Source: a virus
Lineage: Duplodnaviria; Caudoviricetes
Reading direction: 5' to 3' (one strand)
IMG/VR virus record: IMGVR_UViG_3300009514_000024
Span: 1-63,892 of that record
DNA length: 63,892 nt
Below, one piece after another: positions 36,318 through 46,504 of this stretch (within the stretch, counting starts at the first letter, position 1; every line of letters starts with the position of its first letter). The notes beneath the pieces were generated by a model, which was given only the letters and a program-made list of their open reading frames with translations, did not search any database and had not been told where the DNA came from. Position numbers and translations under genes: made by a program.

Positions 36318-37262
36318 CTACATAGCGGTTAGTTCAATAAGCATTCCTGCAAAGTTTAATTCTTTATCATTTACAAATGGATGGCTTTTCTGCCATTCAG
36401 CTATGGTTAAGATGGCTTGTCCTTGTTGTTGAGGTTCTAGAAGGGGAATATATTCACGAAACATCTTAGTGTATAATTCACCATAATCATATGATTTATC
36501 CAAGATGTATTTTCGTGCCTTTCCATATTCCCCAGCTTTAACGAAGTTATAAAAATCCTTATCAACAGATTCATACCCAAAGATATCATTATCAATAATA
36601 CCATATAAATCACTATATTTATGACAAAGCTGAATTACTTTTCGGATATCGGGATAAGTAGATAAAATCAACTTTTCAATAACATCTTCTTTGTATTCTA
36701 TTTTTTTCAGTTTCAGGATACCGATTATTCTTTTTTTAATTTTTGGCATCATGTCTTTTTTATCTTTTTTGGTACTATAATTCATATCGTATTCATGACA
36801 TCTAGACCTCAATGGATCTATTATTTTTGTCACATAATTACAAGTAAATACGAATCGGCAAACTTTCGCAAATTCTTCTGTGAAGGCTCTCAATCCTTGT
36901 TGTAACGCAGGGCTAGTTCCATCTGCTTCATCCATGATAACAATCTTAGGTTTCCCGTTGAACGACTTACTGGAAGCGAATTTTGATATTCTATCCCTCA
37001 ACATATCAATACCTGAATTTTTAGAAGCATTGATATACAGATAATCAGCACCGACTTCTTTAACCAGTGCTTTAGCCAGTGATGTTTTTCCTACTCCAGG
37101 ATGAGAAGAGTATAATAACAAATTAGGTATTTGCTTATCTGTTACATATTTATTAAAAGCCTTTCGATACTGAACAGGCATTACAATGTCTGCAATTTTC
37201 TGTGGTCTGAAAAGTTCAGTCCACAGATAAGATGTTTTCTTTTTCTTTGTATTTAATTCCAT
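36318..37262 (-). CDS. gp44: Clamp loader large subunit
   Basis: LWTELFRP, PGVGKTS, MDEAD, PLRSRC. Confidence 0.92.
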   Translation of the reverse strand: MELNTKKKKTSYLWTELFRPQKIADIVMPVQYRKAFNKYVTDKQIPNLLLYSSHPGVGKTSLAKALVKEVGADYLYINASKNSGIDMLRDRISKFASSKSFNGKPKIVIMDEADGTSPALQQGLRAFTEEFAKVCRFVFTCNYVTKIIDPLRSRCHEYDMNYSTKKDKKDMMPKIKKRIIGILKLKKIEYKEDVIEKLILSTYPDIRKVIQLCHKYSDLYGIIDNDIFGYESVDKDFYNFVKAGEYGKARKYILDKSYDYGELYTKMFREYIPLLEPQQQGQAILTIAEWQKSHPFVNDKELNFAGMLIELTAM

Positions 37263-37263
37263 T

Positions 37264-37647
37264 TTATCCTATTACATTTGAAAATTGAATAGCATTTTGA
37301 AGTCTGTTTATTACCCCATGAACTTCTCTATCAAGTTCTTCAGGGTCGAATTTCCGATTACAGGCCATTTCCCTTACTCCGCATAACAAACATTCACAAC
37401 ATTCGTGAAAAGCCAAGTGCTTTATAAAATCGTTGGGTTTTATATCGGATGTAAATTCTTCGTCTGGTATTTCTGAGTTCAAATAGACTTCATATCTTCG
37501 GCCACTGGATACAGAACGAACTTCAGCATAACTAAATTCCAAAGGTTCATGATAAAAAGAATAATGAAAATCTTTTAATCCGAAAAACTCTACATATTTT
37601 CTAAATTCTTTTTTAAACATTTCAAAGTGCGCTTTAGTCGTTTTCAT
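37264..37647 (-). CDS. Hypothetical protein
   Basis: ORF in operon. Confidence 0.55.
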   Translation of the reverse strand: MKTTKAHFEMFKKEFRKYVEFFGLKDFHYSFYHEPLEFSYAEVRSVSSGRRYEVYLNSEIPDEEFTSDIKPNDFIKHLAFHECCECLLCGVREMACNRKFDPEELDREVHGVINRLQNAIQFSNVIG

Positions 37648-37649
37648 GG

Positions 37650-38165
37650 TTACCTCTTATTTTTTTTCTTTTTTCTTCGTTTGGCTTTGGCTTTTTGTTT
37701 TTTAGCTTTAAGCTCTAAAGCTCTTTGAGAATTACCACCAGATTTTTTATCTAATTTCCGTTGCAACGATCTGTTTGCAAACGCTCTGCCAGAAAACACC
37801 TTATGGTAATCTCGCTTATCGAAAATACATTTACAAGCATTTGGTACAACTTCTGTTTGATCCCCATTATCCCCTGACATTGTTATAGTAGTCGTGGAGA
37901 TATAACCTCTACCGTAACACGATTTACAGTTTTTATTGGGTTTCTTAACTAATATTCCTTTTTCAGCAGAAACAAAAGCTAATTTTTCATAATAAGATAA
38001 GTCGGCAAAATCTTTTTCATTCGGATCTCTGTCAACCGAAATTTCTTCTATTCTATCTTCTGGTAAATCATATTGAACCGAAGCATCATTAACAGAATTT
38101 ATTTCTTCTGCGGTTATCTCTTGATCTTCAACTTCTTGGTTTTCAAGTTCATTGTCTGGTGACAT
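37650..38165 (-). CDS. Hypothetical protein (acidic N-terminus, CxxCxGxG zinc motif, basic tail)
   Basis: CKSCYGRG...CKC. Confidence 0.6.
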   Translation of the reverse strand: MSPDNELENQEVEDQEITAEEINSVNDASVQYDLPEDRIEEISVDRDPNEKDFADLSYYEKLAFVSAEKGILVKKPNKNCKSCYGRGYISTTTITMSGDNGDQTEVVPNACKCIFDKRDYHKVFSGRAFANRSLQRKLDKKSGGNSQRALELKAKKQKAKAKRRKKKKNKR

Positions 38166-38175
38166 AGTGTTCTCT

Positions 38176-38883
38176 TTAAGTTAAATCTTCTAGTTCGGTA
38201 ACGTACAGTTCTAGAGAAATAGGTTGCTCTGTATTATAAATGAATTTAATAATTCCTTCTGTTCTCAACTGAATAATGTAATCATTATCAGGGGCCACAT
38301 CTAAGATGTCTTTAGATACTACTATTTCCCAATCTTTTCCAACATTGTTTTTCAATTCAAACGTTTCTTCATGAGTTGGTTGAGTGGGATCAGCAAATAA
38401 TTGTACAGTTATTTGATTGCTTGTTACATTTAACTTCAGAAATTCTGAGTGAATCAGTTTTGACATTTTTTGTAATGACTTGAAATCATCAGAAGATAAT
38501 GCAAATTCAGCATGGGCTTCATTAAAAGCAATATAATCGTATTCATTATCCAATGCTTCTTTGTCTGCAAAGTTGTATTTGGTTTTAGATTTTCCTTTCT
38601 GAATCAGGAATTTATCTTCACTTTGAAACAATTCGGGTGATTCATAAACAGAAAATAGATTATGAAACTCCGAAAAGTCATAAAATGAGATATCTTCTCC
38701 TTCAAATTGAAAATCTTCCACAGGAGCAAATAAATTATAAGCCACTGAATCGCTTGCATTTTTAGTAATAATTTTGATTTGTTTTTTATTTTCAGTTTTC
38801 TCAATGGTCAACTGGCGGGTTACACCCATTAACTGGTTAATCAAACCCAGTGTTTTTTTATTGTAATTAATCTTTACGGACAT
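38176..38883 (-). CDS. gp45: Sliding clamp (T4 gp45-like)
   Basis: FYDFSEFHNLFS resembles the gp45 IYDLxEFL motif; 235 aa; upstream of gp44. Confidence 0.7.
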   Translation of the reverse strand: MSVKINYNKKTLGLINQLMGVTRQLTIEKTENKKQIKIITKNASDSVAYNLFAPVEDFQFEGEDISFYDFSEFHNLFSVYESPELFQSEDKFLIQKGKSKTKYNFADKEALDNEYDYIAFNEAHAEFALSSDDFKSLQKMSKLIHSEFLKLNVTSNQITVQLFADPTQPTHEETFELKNNVGKDWEIVVSKDILDVAPDNDYIIQLRTEGIIKFIYNTEQPISLELYVTELEDLT

Positions 38884-38927
38884 CTATTTCTCCTATGATA
38901 CGCATAATTATAACATACCTTTTATTA

Positions 38928-39281
38928 TTAACTTTTTTTCTTTTTCTTGGACTTTTTTAACCGAAAAATACAATACTCCCTCACGAATTTATTCTTACTT
39001 CTAATATTCATTAAGGCATCTCCTTCTGTTACGATATGTTCAATATCGTTCAATCTTGGGTTTATCATTGCAAATTCGTGTCGGTCTATATACCAATTCT
39101 TTTCTTGGTTTATTCTATCAAACTCAACATCTACTCCACAATTGGGACAGGTAGCAAACACATTATTCACATCTTCTAAACTCACGAAAACATAATCACC
39201 TTCTCCATCATTGGTTTCAAAATGTTTTATCAATGTTTCACAAGCAGGGCAATCTGTTTCAAAAATTACTCTGTTGTGCAT
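38928..39281 (-). CDS. Hypothetical zinc-ribbon protein
   Basis: CPAC and CPNC. Confidence 0.55.
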   Translation of the reverse strand: MHNRVIFETDCPACETLIKHFETNDGEGDYVFVSLEDVNNVFATCPNCGVDVEFDRINQEKNWYIDRHEFAMINPRLNDIEHIVTEGDALMNIRSKNKFVREYCIFRLKKSKKKKKS

Positions 39282-39293
39282 ACAATAACCTTA

Positions 39294-39461
39294 CTAAACA
39301 GCTATAGCAAACTTGATTGGAGGTTCAGACTCATAATCGTGTAACCTAAAATCATCCCTTGTCCAATTAAAAAGATTTTTCGTACCTTTACCCATTTCAG
39401 GAAGGTTTAATTGTGGTAGTGGGTGGCTAGGTCTTTTCAATTGTTCCTCAACATCTTCCAT
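39294..39461 (-). pseudogene. thyA: Thymidylate synthase (ThyA) C-terminal fragment, 55 aa
   Basis: Hand translation MEDVEEQLKRPSHPLPQLNL...LFNWTRDDFRLHDYESEPPIKFAIAV matches the ThyA C-terminus; catalytic part absent from the window. Confidence 0.75.
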
Positions 39462-39470
39462 CTGGTTTTT

Positions 39471-40064
39471 TCATGCTTTTATATCCAATTTTTGTGGTGG
39501 TTCTTTGAACACACTCAAAGTGATATTCATATTCTCATAGATAAACAGTGTAGGTACTATTGTTTCCTGAAAGGTTCCATGCCTACGATCCATTACCTTA
39601 ATATGCTTAATCCCTGCTTGAGCTATCATATTTGCACATGATGTACAAGGGTAATGTGTAGAATAAATTGTACCTTCGACTAGTCGGGAGTTGTCAGAAG
39701 AAGTCAGAAGTGCGTTCTGTTCCGCATGAAGCATAAACGGATATTTGTTTACACTGTGTACTGCCTTCTTAACACCCAAGAAGCTATAATCGTTGTATAG
39801 AGCGATATTCTGCGGGTTTCTAGAATGGGGTACAATTGTATCATTCTTACCTGTATTAACCCCAAAATGAGAGGCACATCCATTATAGCCCATTGATACG
39901 ACTTTACCGTTCTTATCAATTATTACGGCTCCGACATGGGTATTTTCGTCTTTACTTAATTCTGCTATTTTATCTGCAATATCTAAGTAGACTAAATCTT
40001 TTTTTGTGGGAGTTATTTCAACGGGTTTGGGTAACCCGTTGTGGTACATTATTCCATTCATCAA
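39471..40064 (-). CDS. cd: dCMP deaminase
   Basis: SKDENTHVGAVI, GYNG, HAEQNA, PCTSCA. Confidence 0.9.
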   Translation of the reverse strand: MMNGIMYHNGLPKPVEITPTKKDLVYLDIADKIAELSKDENTHVGAVIIDKNGKVVSMGYNGCASHFGVNTGKNDTIVPHSRNPQNIALYNDYSFLGVKKAVHSVNKYPFMLHAEQNALLTSSDNSRLVEGTIYSTHYPCTSCANMIAQAGIKHIKVMDRRHGTFQETIVPTLFIYENMNITLSVFKEPPQKLDIKA

Positions 40065-40151
40065 CTGTTATCTCAAACCTCTTGGGTTGTTCAATGTTCA
40101 TACTTATAACTTACCTTAATAAGCTATTTTTTTTTCAATTTCTTGGACTTA

Positions 40152-40874
40152 TTACAATTTAAAATTAGACAAATCTGATAGGGTTTTTCCACCGATAGCC
40201 TTTAGAATCTCTACGGTGTCTTGTCCTACTTTATTATGGATTTGACCATCTAAAAACTTCATAGAAACTCTGTGTAAACCCGTTGCCCATTTAGCAAATT
40301 CTGGTGAATCTTTTTCAATGGGTTTATTCTGATCCACAATTTTGAAATTATTAGAACCAAATAGTGATTGAAATTTTCCCATGTTACCCTGAACCGCTTT
40401 CCAAGAATCTTTAACAATTTTTTCAGGAACGGTTCTGGCTCGTTTTTCATTCCTCGCCATTGCAGTATCCAGAGAAGTGTTCACAAAAACCATGTAGGTA
40501 TCATATCCAACTTGTTCTAATGCTTCTTTTTGTTTTTTGATTTTATCGTATTCTTTACCTGTCCCATCAATAACGATAGGTAACATACCATCAACAAAAA
40601 GCATTTGTTTTAATTTTGTTAATTTTTTAGCTCTATCTCTAACTTCTGTTTGTTTAGCGAAAGTCTTTGCTTTTGCAGGGTCAAGTTTAAGTGGGAGTTT
40701 TAACTGTTTAAGTTTGGTTTCCAAAATATCATCAGAATTAACAACCTTTAAAGTAGAACCGAACATATTTCTAGTCACAAACGATTTCCCAGAACCTGGG
40801 CCACCTGCAATAAAAACAGCTTTAAATATATTCTTATCGTTAATTCCTTCATTTAAGATATCTGTAAATTTCAT
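40152..40874 (-). CDS. P-loop kinase (zeta toxin/AAA_33-like)
   Basis: AGGPGSGKS, NSDD, IDGTG, RNEKRARTVP. Confidence 0.75.
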   Translation of the reverse strand: MKFTDILNEGINDKNIFKAVFIAGGPGSGKSFVTRNMFGSTLKVVNSDDILETKLKQLKLPLKLDPAKAKTFAKQTEVRDRAKKLTKLKQMLFVDGMLPIVIDGTGKEYDKIKKQKEALEQVGYDTYMVFVNTSLDTAMARNEKRARTVPEKIVKDSWKAVQGNMGKFQSLFGSNNFKIVDQNKPIEKDSPEFAKWATGLHRVSMKFLDGQIHNKVGQDTVEILKAIGGKTLSDLSNFKL

Positions 40875-41254
40875 TTTATCCCCTCTTTGCCTTTCAAGAA
40901 GTGTTTTTCTCCTGCCACTGAAACGGCTTTATAATAAGTTTTTGCTCTAAATCTTCTAAGATAAACCAAAATATTATACCATGAACCATCCACAATAATT
41001 AAGAGGTTCTTATAGAAAGTAACATCAGCTTTCTTTTTATCTTCTATAGTCTTTCCAACATGATACATATAATCATGTATATGACAAGCATCTGACACAT
41101 TTTTACCGTACATGGTTTCGGGTACTAAATTGCCTTTCCAACCTTTCGGGCCACAACCATTGCTGATTTTATTTCGTCTGATAATACTCATAACCCAATA
41201 ACTATCTGGGGCTGTGAGTGTTTTACCTTTGTAATAGAAATTTTTTGTTATCAT
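40871..41254 (-). CDS. Hypothetical protein with phospholipase A2-like motif
   Basis: NGCGP...ACHIHDYMY...KADVTF; late promoter at 41260. Confidence 0.55.
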   Translation of the reverse strand: MITKNFYYKGKTLTAPDSYWVMSIIRRNKISNGCGPKGWKGNLVPETMYGKNVSDACHIHDYMYHVGKTIEDKKKADVTFYKNLLIIVDGSWYNILVYLRRFRAKTYYKAVSVAGEKHFLKGKEGIK

Positions 41255-41269
41255 ACCTATATTTATAAT

Positions 41270-44200
41270 TTAAAGGAATTTAACATCACAAGACCCACCT
41301 GCACAAGCTATGGTATCAGAAACGGTTGTGTTATCCTTCTGTTCGTGAAAATGTTCCCAAGGGACATCTACATATACCCTTTTCAAATCTTCCCATTGTT
41401 TCAGGTTATATACATCTTTCAGGCAATAAGTCATTTTCTTAACATCCCCTCCAAAATATCTAACTGAAAACTGAGCACCCCTTCTTAACCAATCCATTTT
41501 TTCGGTGTAATTGTTTTGTCTTTTCCACCTGTTTTCTTCTTTTTTACTAGAAAATTCAGGAAGTGATAAATTTTCACCTTTTCCAAGCATAGCATCACAA
41601 CAAGCCCAAAGATCCATATCCCAAGCCCTAAGACCATCCACAATCAATCCAGAAGCCATTAAAGCACCTGAACCATATTCTTTAGTAATTTCATCACTAG
41701 TATAAACGGTGGTAAATGGGGCTTGAGGGTAATCCTTATCACCATCCACAGAAAGAAGGGAAATTCCCGCAAAATACTTTCTATTCTGGTAGATGTATTT
41801 GGCTACGGTTTCCCATTCATCATCCCGTACATGGATAGTATTAGAGACATTGTGTTGTAGCCATTCTTGGGTACATCTAGCCTTATTTCGACCTGCGGAT
41901 ACCCAATTCATTTGTGTTAATTTAACATGGTCTAATAACTTGATAGCATCTGTATCGACCTTTGTTCTAGCGTTCTTCGGAACCTCACATAGAAAATTAA
42001 TTATATCATCTGTATTATTTGCTGACCAAACTGATTCTTCGGTGGCTAGAGGGTTATATTTCTTGAAAAATTTGTAGGTTTCTTCTAGTTTATTTACCTG
42101 CATTCTTCTGAAATATCTTTTTGAGTGATGAGGGTGTATCCCCGAAGCTGTACCCAAAATACATGATGTTGTATTATGTGAAATATAACTATTTGATATA
42201 TATGTATGAGTATCTTCAACTTCTATATCAAAAGTTTCAGTTTCAGAATCAGATATATTAATTATTTTATCTACAGAGTGATTGTTTAAATTTAGGGTTT
42301 TAAGAATATCGTAATAATCTTTTCTATAATTGGTAATTTTATTAATATTACCATTGATACCTTTTCGTTCTTGTACCCAATATCTCATGTTTTCACCAAA
42401 AGATGATTTAGTGGGAGGCATTAATCTCATTTTACATTCTCGACCTATGGCTCTTAAAACAATTGTAAGTTCGTCAGCGAATTGTTTTGAAGTTGTAACA
42501 TAACTTATACCTCTATCTGATTTATCACACCCATCTGCTAATTGAAAACCCAATATAAAACTTTCAATTATATGTTTAGGAGATTTTCTTATAGCTAAAG
42601 GAAAAGATATATCATTGGATTTGTTTTTTAGCAAATCATTGGCTCTTAACCATGCTAATAATGGTTTAGAATAAACACCCAAATAACATCGTTTTCCTTC
42701 TCTATAATCTTCTTGGTATTTTGAGTTCAATCCAAATTGTTCTTTAATAATTCTAGTTAATTTATCAAATCCTTTTTTTTCATTTGAATTTCCCGAAATT
42801 CTGATTCCTCGTTTATGATTTGAACCGTCCCCATAATACATACCCAAAAACAAAGCCAAATCATCATTTAACTTAGATGGCATTTGAATGTTTTTTTGAA
42901 ATCTAATAGGTGTATTTTTATCCCAGTTATAATCTATTGATGTTAAATTTTGAATATTTCCACCATTATATTCACCTAAAGAAAAAGGTAAAACATCTCC
43001 ACATATAAGTTCATCTGCACGTTTCCATACATATTCTTTGTTATCGGTTATAACTCTATATTTATGATTTAATGTTGATTCTAATTCTAACCCCGAATCT
43101 AATAGTATTTTTTTAGTCTTTGATAATCCATTAACATAAAAGTTTGGTGATTTTTTCTTTTCAACATCAGTATAAATTTCAATATCATGTTCTTGCCATT
43201 GTTCACCATAAATATCACCAATTTCGTCTAGTCTCAATATTCCTTCATTAGTAGAAATTAATGTATCTTTTTTTTGACAACCTGCGGGTTTCACACAAGT
43301 CGCTCTAGCACAAGGTTCAATCCCTATTTTGGTTGCTAGTTTTTCATTTACTTTTCTGATTAACTTTGCACCCTCTCTTTGTAATTCAGGGTCAAATGCT
43401 ATATCTGGATTATCCATCATACCTGTCATGCTGACCCCTAATAGGGCTTCTCTTTTTACGATTCTTTCTGTGACTTCTCCTAGATATTCAAAATCGTGAT
43501 ACCCTGCTTGGAGTGTTCCAAGGATAGCTCCACCCTTACACATATCTAAAAATTCTTCTCTTGTTTTTGCTTTTTTAACATTCAATTCACATAGGTTACA
43601 TTGATGTGTTATTACATTATTAAACAAACAAAGATGTCTTTTTTCTTCTGTTAAACAAAAGGTATCATGTAAACCATCTAATTCAACCACATTTTTTATA
43701 ATCTGGTACATCTCTTTTCCGTTTTGTTTTCTATCAGATTTAACTAAATCAAATTTATTAGAATACAAATCTTCAGTATTATTAATTTGTAGATACCAAA
43801 GATCATTTAATCTTGTTCCTAAATTTGTTTTTGTGTCTTTTTTTTGTGATAAATTAACAGAAGAATATAAACCCATTTTTGTTAAAAGTAGTTGACCATC
43901 TCTTAATTTATCTTCTGTACCATAAATTCTAATGCCTCGACTAGCAACACTTCCATCAGAATCAATCCATCCTGCGAAAAAATCTATTAGTGATGTTCTT
44001 GACCATGAGAACATATCGTTTGGCAATCCATCTTTGTATTTCATTTCAAATGCGTATTCTTTATCTACATCTGGGAAAGTTATGCTTGTATATTGTGTTC
44101 CATGTTTATTTACATTATCTTCCTTAATTATTTTACAATGTAGGGGTAAATTTAAATCTTGGTCAAATAAATTAGCAAATGGTGTTCTTATTTTATTTTT

Positions 44201-46504
44201 TGTATCAGTTCGTTTACAACAACCATCACCTAATATGTATCCATATTCATAAGAATATTCTTTATCTATTCCACCAGTAAACTTTACATTAGGTGGGGGT
44301 GTGTGTAATGGGTATTTAGAAAACGACATTAAATCTTTTGTCATTACCTCAGAATAGTTATCAGAAAATCTATCTTTTACTGACCATCTATGTTCCGAAG
44401 TACAATCCAAATAACTACCATCACTTAAATTTACTCTATATAGTTTTTGATTGGTGTTTGTTTTAAATGGTTTGACATTACACCATTCTTTACCATTCCA
44501 AATCTCTGTATTTTTTCCTATGGTGTCTTGTATATCGGTTATACCGTTTTTTGTTATTAATTTAGTATCACCTTTAACACAAAAAGACCATCCTGAATTT
44601 CCATCTTCATCATAAGCATACATTCCAATTTCGACACAAGGATTAAAAAGTGCTTCTTTTGAGTCAGCCCAAACAAAACCTGGTTCACCGAATTCTTTTA
44701 CCGATTCAATAATATCAGTAAATTGTTTATAAGTGGTTTCGTTTCTAATAAGTACAACTGAATTATTACTTCTACCTCTTTGCGGATTTTGGATAAACCA
44801 ATCACCTGTTTTGGCATTGATCATATCAACATCATCAATAGAGAAAAGACAGATAGTTGCCGATCTTCTCACCCCACCAGATAAAACAGCATCGGAAGTG
44901 TGCATAACAACATCATAAGCATCAATAGTACCCAATCTATCTTTGCCTTCATCTAGCAACCTTTCAAATATTTCTTTAATTTTCTTTAATGAATTTTTCA
45001 GTCCATCAGGGCCAGGAGCCTTACCGCCACTGGATTTAATGATTGCACCCGCAGGTCTAATTAATGAGAAATCAAATTCGATTTCTTTACCAGAAATTTC
45101 ACTTGGAGTCTGAAAGTATGAATTTACCAAGGAACCAATAGCATCAGCCCAACCTTCAATACTGTCTTCGATAACAATTTTGTGTTTTTTCGGATTGGTT
45201 AATTTCCCGATTTTGGGTAGCTTGGCAATGTGGTGTTTTTGAACAGAAAAACCTACTCCACAACCACACAGTAAAAGATACATAGATTCTTGAAAGAATC
45301 TTGGTCTATCGCAATAAGAAACGGTACAATTACCAGTGACAATACCGTTTGGCATAACAAATGAATGTTCATCTTCTACTTCTAAACACCAAACACCTTC
45401 TTCCTTAACTTTTCGTTCTATTGATTTAACTTTCCAAATAGGTGAAGTTCCACCCATTCTTGTTGATATTCTAAAACGAACTGCATCATGTTTTCCAAAA
45501 TTAGTCACATTATCAATTTTAGTTTCTGAAATAATATAAACACCAACCATAGGAAAAAAGGTTCTAATAAAATCTTGAGATTCTTTTGATGTTTGTTGTA
45601 TACTCAAATATTCTGAATAATTATCATTATCATGTCTTTTGTTTTTTTCAGCATCGGCATCTAGAAACCCTTTAACAAAAGCAGTTATTAATTTTAAATC
45701 ATCTGTTTTTTGGGGTAATGTTTTTAAATAAGAACCCGTATATGCAAAAAAATCACCATTTAAAGAGTTATTTGAGCTTGTTTTGAACCCCATTTCTTCA
45801 AATCTATCTTTGTATTGTTTATCATAACCGCAAAGACGAATCATAGAATATTCATGTTTTCCATTGTACTTAACTTTTGTTCCATCACCATAAACTAATC
45901 CATAGCACCAATATAATTTTTGCATAGGATCGGCTTCATCATAATTAAAATTAAAAACGGAAGGGCTTTTATATAATTGTTGGCCTATTTTTAAATTATT
46001 GGTTCTTTCTCCGTTTTTTAAAATCCAAGTATGATCTTCTGTTGCATAAACTATATTCTCTTTACTTTTCCCTTTACTAAATGTTATTTTATTTAAATAA
46101 TCCTTTCCGTAACATTTTACCTTTGCTTTTTTCCATTTACCTGTATGTGTTAAAACTTCAATTTTTTGTTCATGTTCAAAATCATTAAAAGATTTCACAC
46201 CCTTATTTGTGATAAATTCTGTATCTTTTGACAGACAATTATAAAGTCTTGCGTGTTTTTCTAAAATAGCTCTGCCACCAAACTGTAATGCTCTCTGACT
46301 TCCTAAAACTTGTTTTTTCAACATAGCTACTTCACCGAAGGAAAGTTCTTCTTGAATATTAGGTAGATATTCTTTATACCTTACCCTATGCATATCCATA
46401 ACCCTAGTTATCTGTTCAGCCCATGTCTCCCTTCTTTGTTTTTCTTCGTTATATCTTGCATATTTTGAAATCCTTGTATATTCTTGTAAGGCACTAATTG
46501 ACAT
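41270..46504 (-). CDS. nrdJ: Class II (adenosylcobalamin-dependent) ribonucleotide reductase with three inteins; about 745 aa after splicing
   Basis: RRETW, GCGVGFS, GGVRRSA, NPCVEI, CNL, TCVKPAG/TTS, HNVSNT, C-terminal ACAGGSC. Confidence 0.9.
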   Translation of the reverse strand: MSISALQEYTRISKYARYNEEKQRRETWAEQITRVMDMHRVRYKEYLPNIQEELSFGEVAMLKKQVLGSQRALQFGGRAILEKHARLYNCLSKDTEFITNKGVKSFNDFEHEQKIEVLTHTGKWKKAKVKCYGKDYLNKITFSKGKSKENIVYATEDHTWILKNGERTNNLKIGQQLYKSPSVFNFNYDEADPMQKLYWCYGLVYGDGTKVKYNGKHEYSMIRLCGYDKQYKDRFEEMGFKTSSNNSLNGDFFAYTGSYLKTLPQKTDDLKLITAFVKGFLDADAEKNKRHDNDNYSEYLSIQQTSKESQDFIRTFFPMVGVYIISETKIDNVTNFGKHDAVRFRISTRMGGTSPIWKVKSIERKVKEEGVWCLEVEDEHSFVMPNGIVTGNCTVSYCDRPRFFQESMYLLLCGCGVGFSVQKHHIAKLPKIGKLTNPKKHKIVIEDSIEGWADAIGSLVNSYFQTPSEISGKEIEFDFSLIRPAGAIIKSSGGKAPGPDGLKNSLKKIKEIFERLLDEGKDRLGTIDAYDVVMHTSDAVLSGGVRRSATICLFSIDDVDMINAKTGDWFIQNPQRGRSNNSVVLIRNETTYKQFTDIIESVKEFGEPGFVWADSKEALFNPCVEIGMYAYDEDGNSGWSFCVKGDTKLITKNGITDIQDTIGKNTEIWNGKEWCNVKPFKTNTNQKLYRVNLSDGSYLDCTSEHRWSVKDRFSDNYSEVMTKDLMSFSKYPLHTPPPNVKFTGGIDKEYSYEYGYILGDGCCKRTDTKNKIRTPFANLFDQDLNLPLHCKIIKEDNVNKHGTQYTSITFPDVDKEYAFEMKYKDGLPNDMFSWSRTSLIDFFAGWIDSDGSVASRGIRIYGTEDKLRDGQLLLTKMGLYSSVNLSQKKDTKTNLGTRLNDLWYLQINNTEDLYSNKFDLVKSDRKQNGKEMYQIIKNVVELDGLHDTFCLTEEKRHLCLFNNVITHQCNLCELNVKKAKTREEFLDMCKGGAILGTLQAGYHDFEYLGEVTERIVKREALLGVSMTGMMDNPDIAFDPELQREGAKLIRKVNEKLATKIGIEPCARATCVKPAGCQKKDTLISTNEGILRLDEIGDIYGEQWQEHDIEIYTDVEKKKSPNFYVNGLSKTKKILLDSGLELESTLNHKYRVITDNKEYVWKRADELICGDVLPFSLGEYNGGNIQNLTSIDYNWDKNTPIRFQKNIQMPSKLNDDLALFLGMYYGDGSNHKRGIRISGNSNEKKGFDKLTRIIKEQFGLNSKYQEDYREGKRCYLGVYSKPLLAWLRANDLLKNKSNDISFPLAIRKSPKHIIESFILGFQLADGCDKSDRGISYVTTSKQFADELTIVLRAIGRECKMRLMPPTKSSFGENMRYWVQERKGINGNINKITNYRKDYYDILKTLNLNNHSVDKIINISDSETETFDIEVEDTHTYISNSYISHNTTSCILGTASGIHPHHSKRYFRRMQVNKLEETYKFFKKYNPLATEESVWSANNTDDIINFLCEVPKNARTKVDTDAIKLLDHVKLTQMNWVSAGRNKARCTQEWLQHNVSNTIHVRDDEWETVAKYIYQNRKYFAGISLLSVDGDKDYPQAPFTTVYTSDEITKEYGSGALMASGLIVDGLRAWDMDLWACCDAMLGKGENLSLPEFSSKKEENRWKRQNNYTEKMDWLRRGAQFSVRYFGGDVKKMTYCLKDVYNLKQWEDLKRVYVDVPWEHFHEQKDNTTVSDTIACAGGSCDVKFL
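42173..43279 (-). mobile_element. Intein 3 in RNR (369 aa, LAGLIDADG endonuclease)
   Basis: KPAG/CQKKDT...YISHN/TTS; FLGMYYGDG and FILGFQLADG motifs. Confidence 0.9.
43601..44581 (-). mobile_element. Intein 2 in RNR (327 aa, C-terminal His-Gln)
   Basis: WSF/CVKGDT...VITHQ/CNL; YGYILGDG and FFAGWIDSDG motifs. Confidence 0.9.
45329..46237 (-). mobile_element. Intein 1 in RNR (303 aa, C-terminal Gly-Asn)
   Basis: LYN/CLSKDT...IVTGN/CTV; YGLVYGDG and FVKGFLDADA motifs. Confidence 0.9.
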
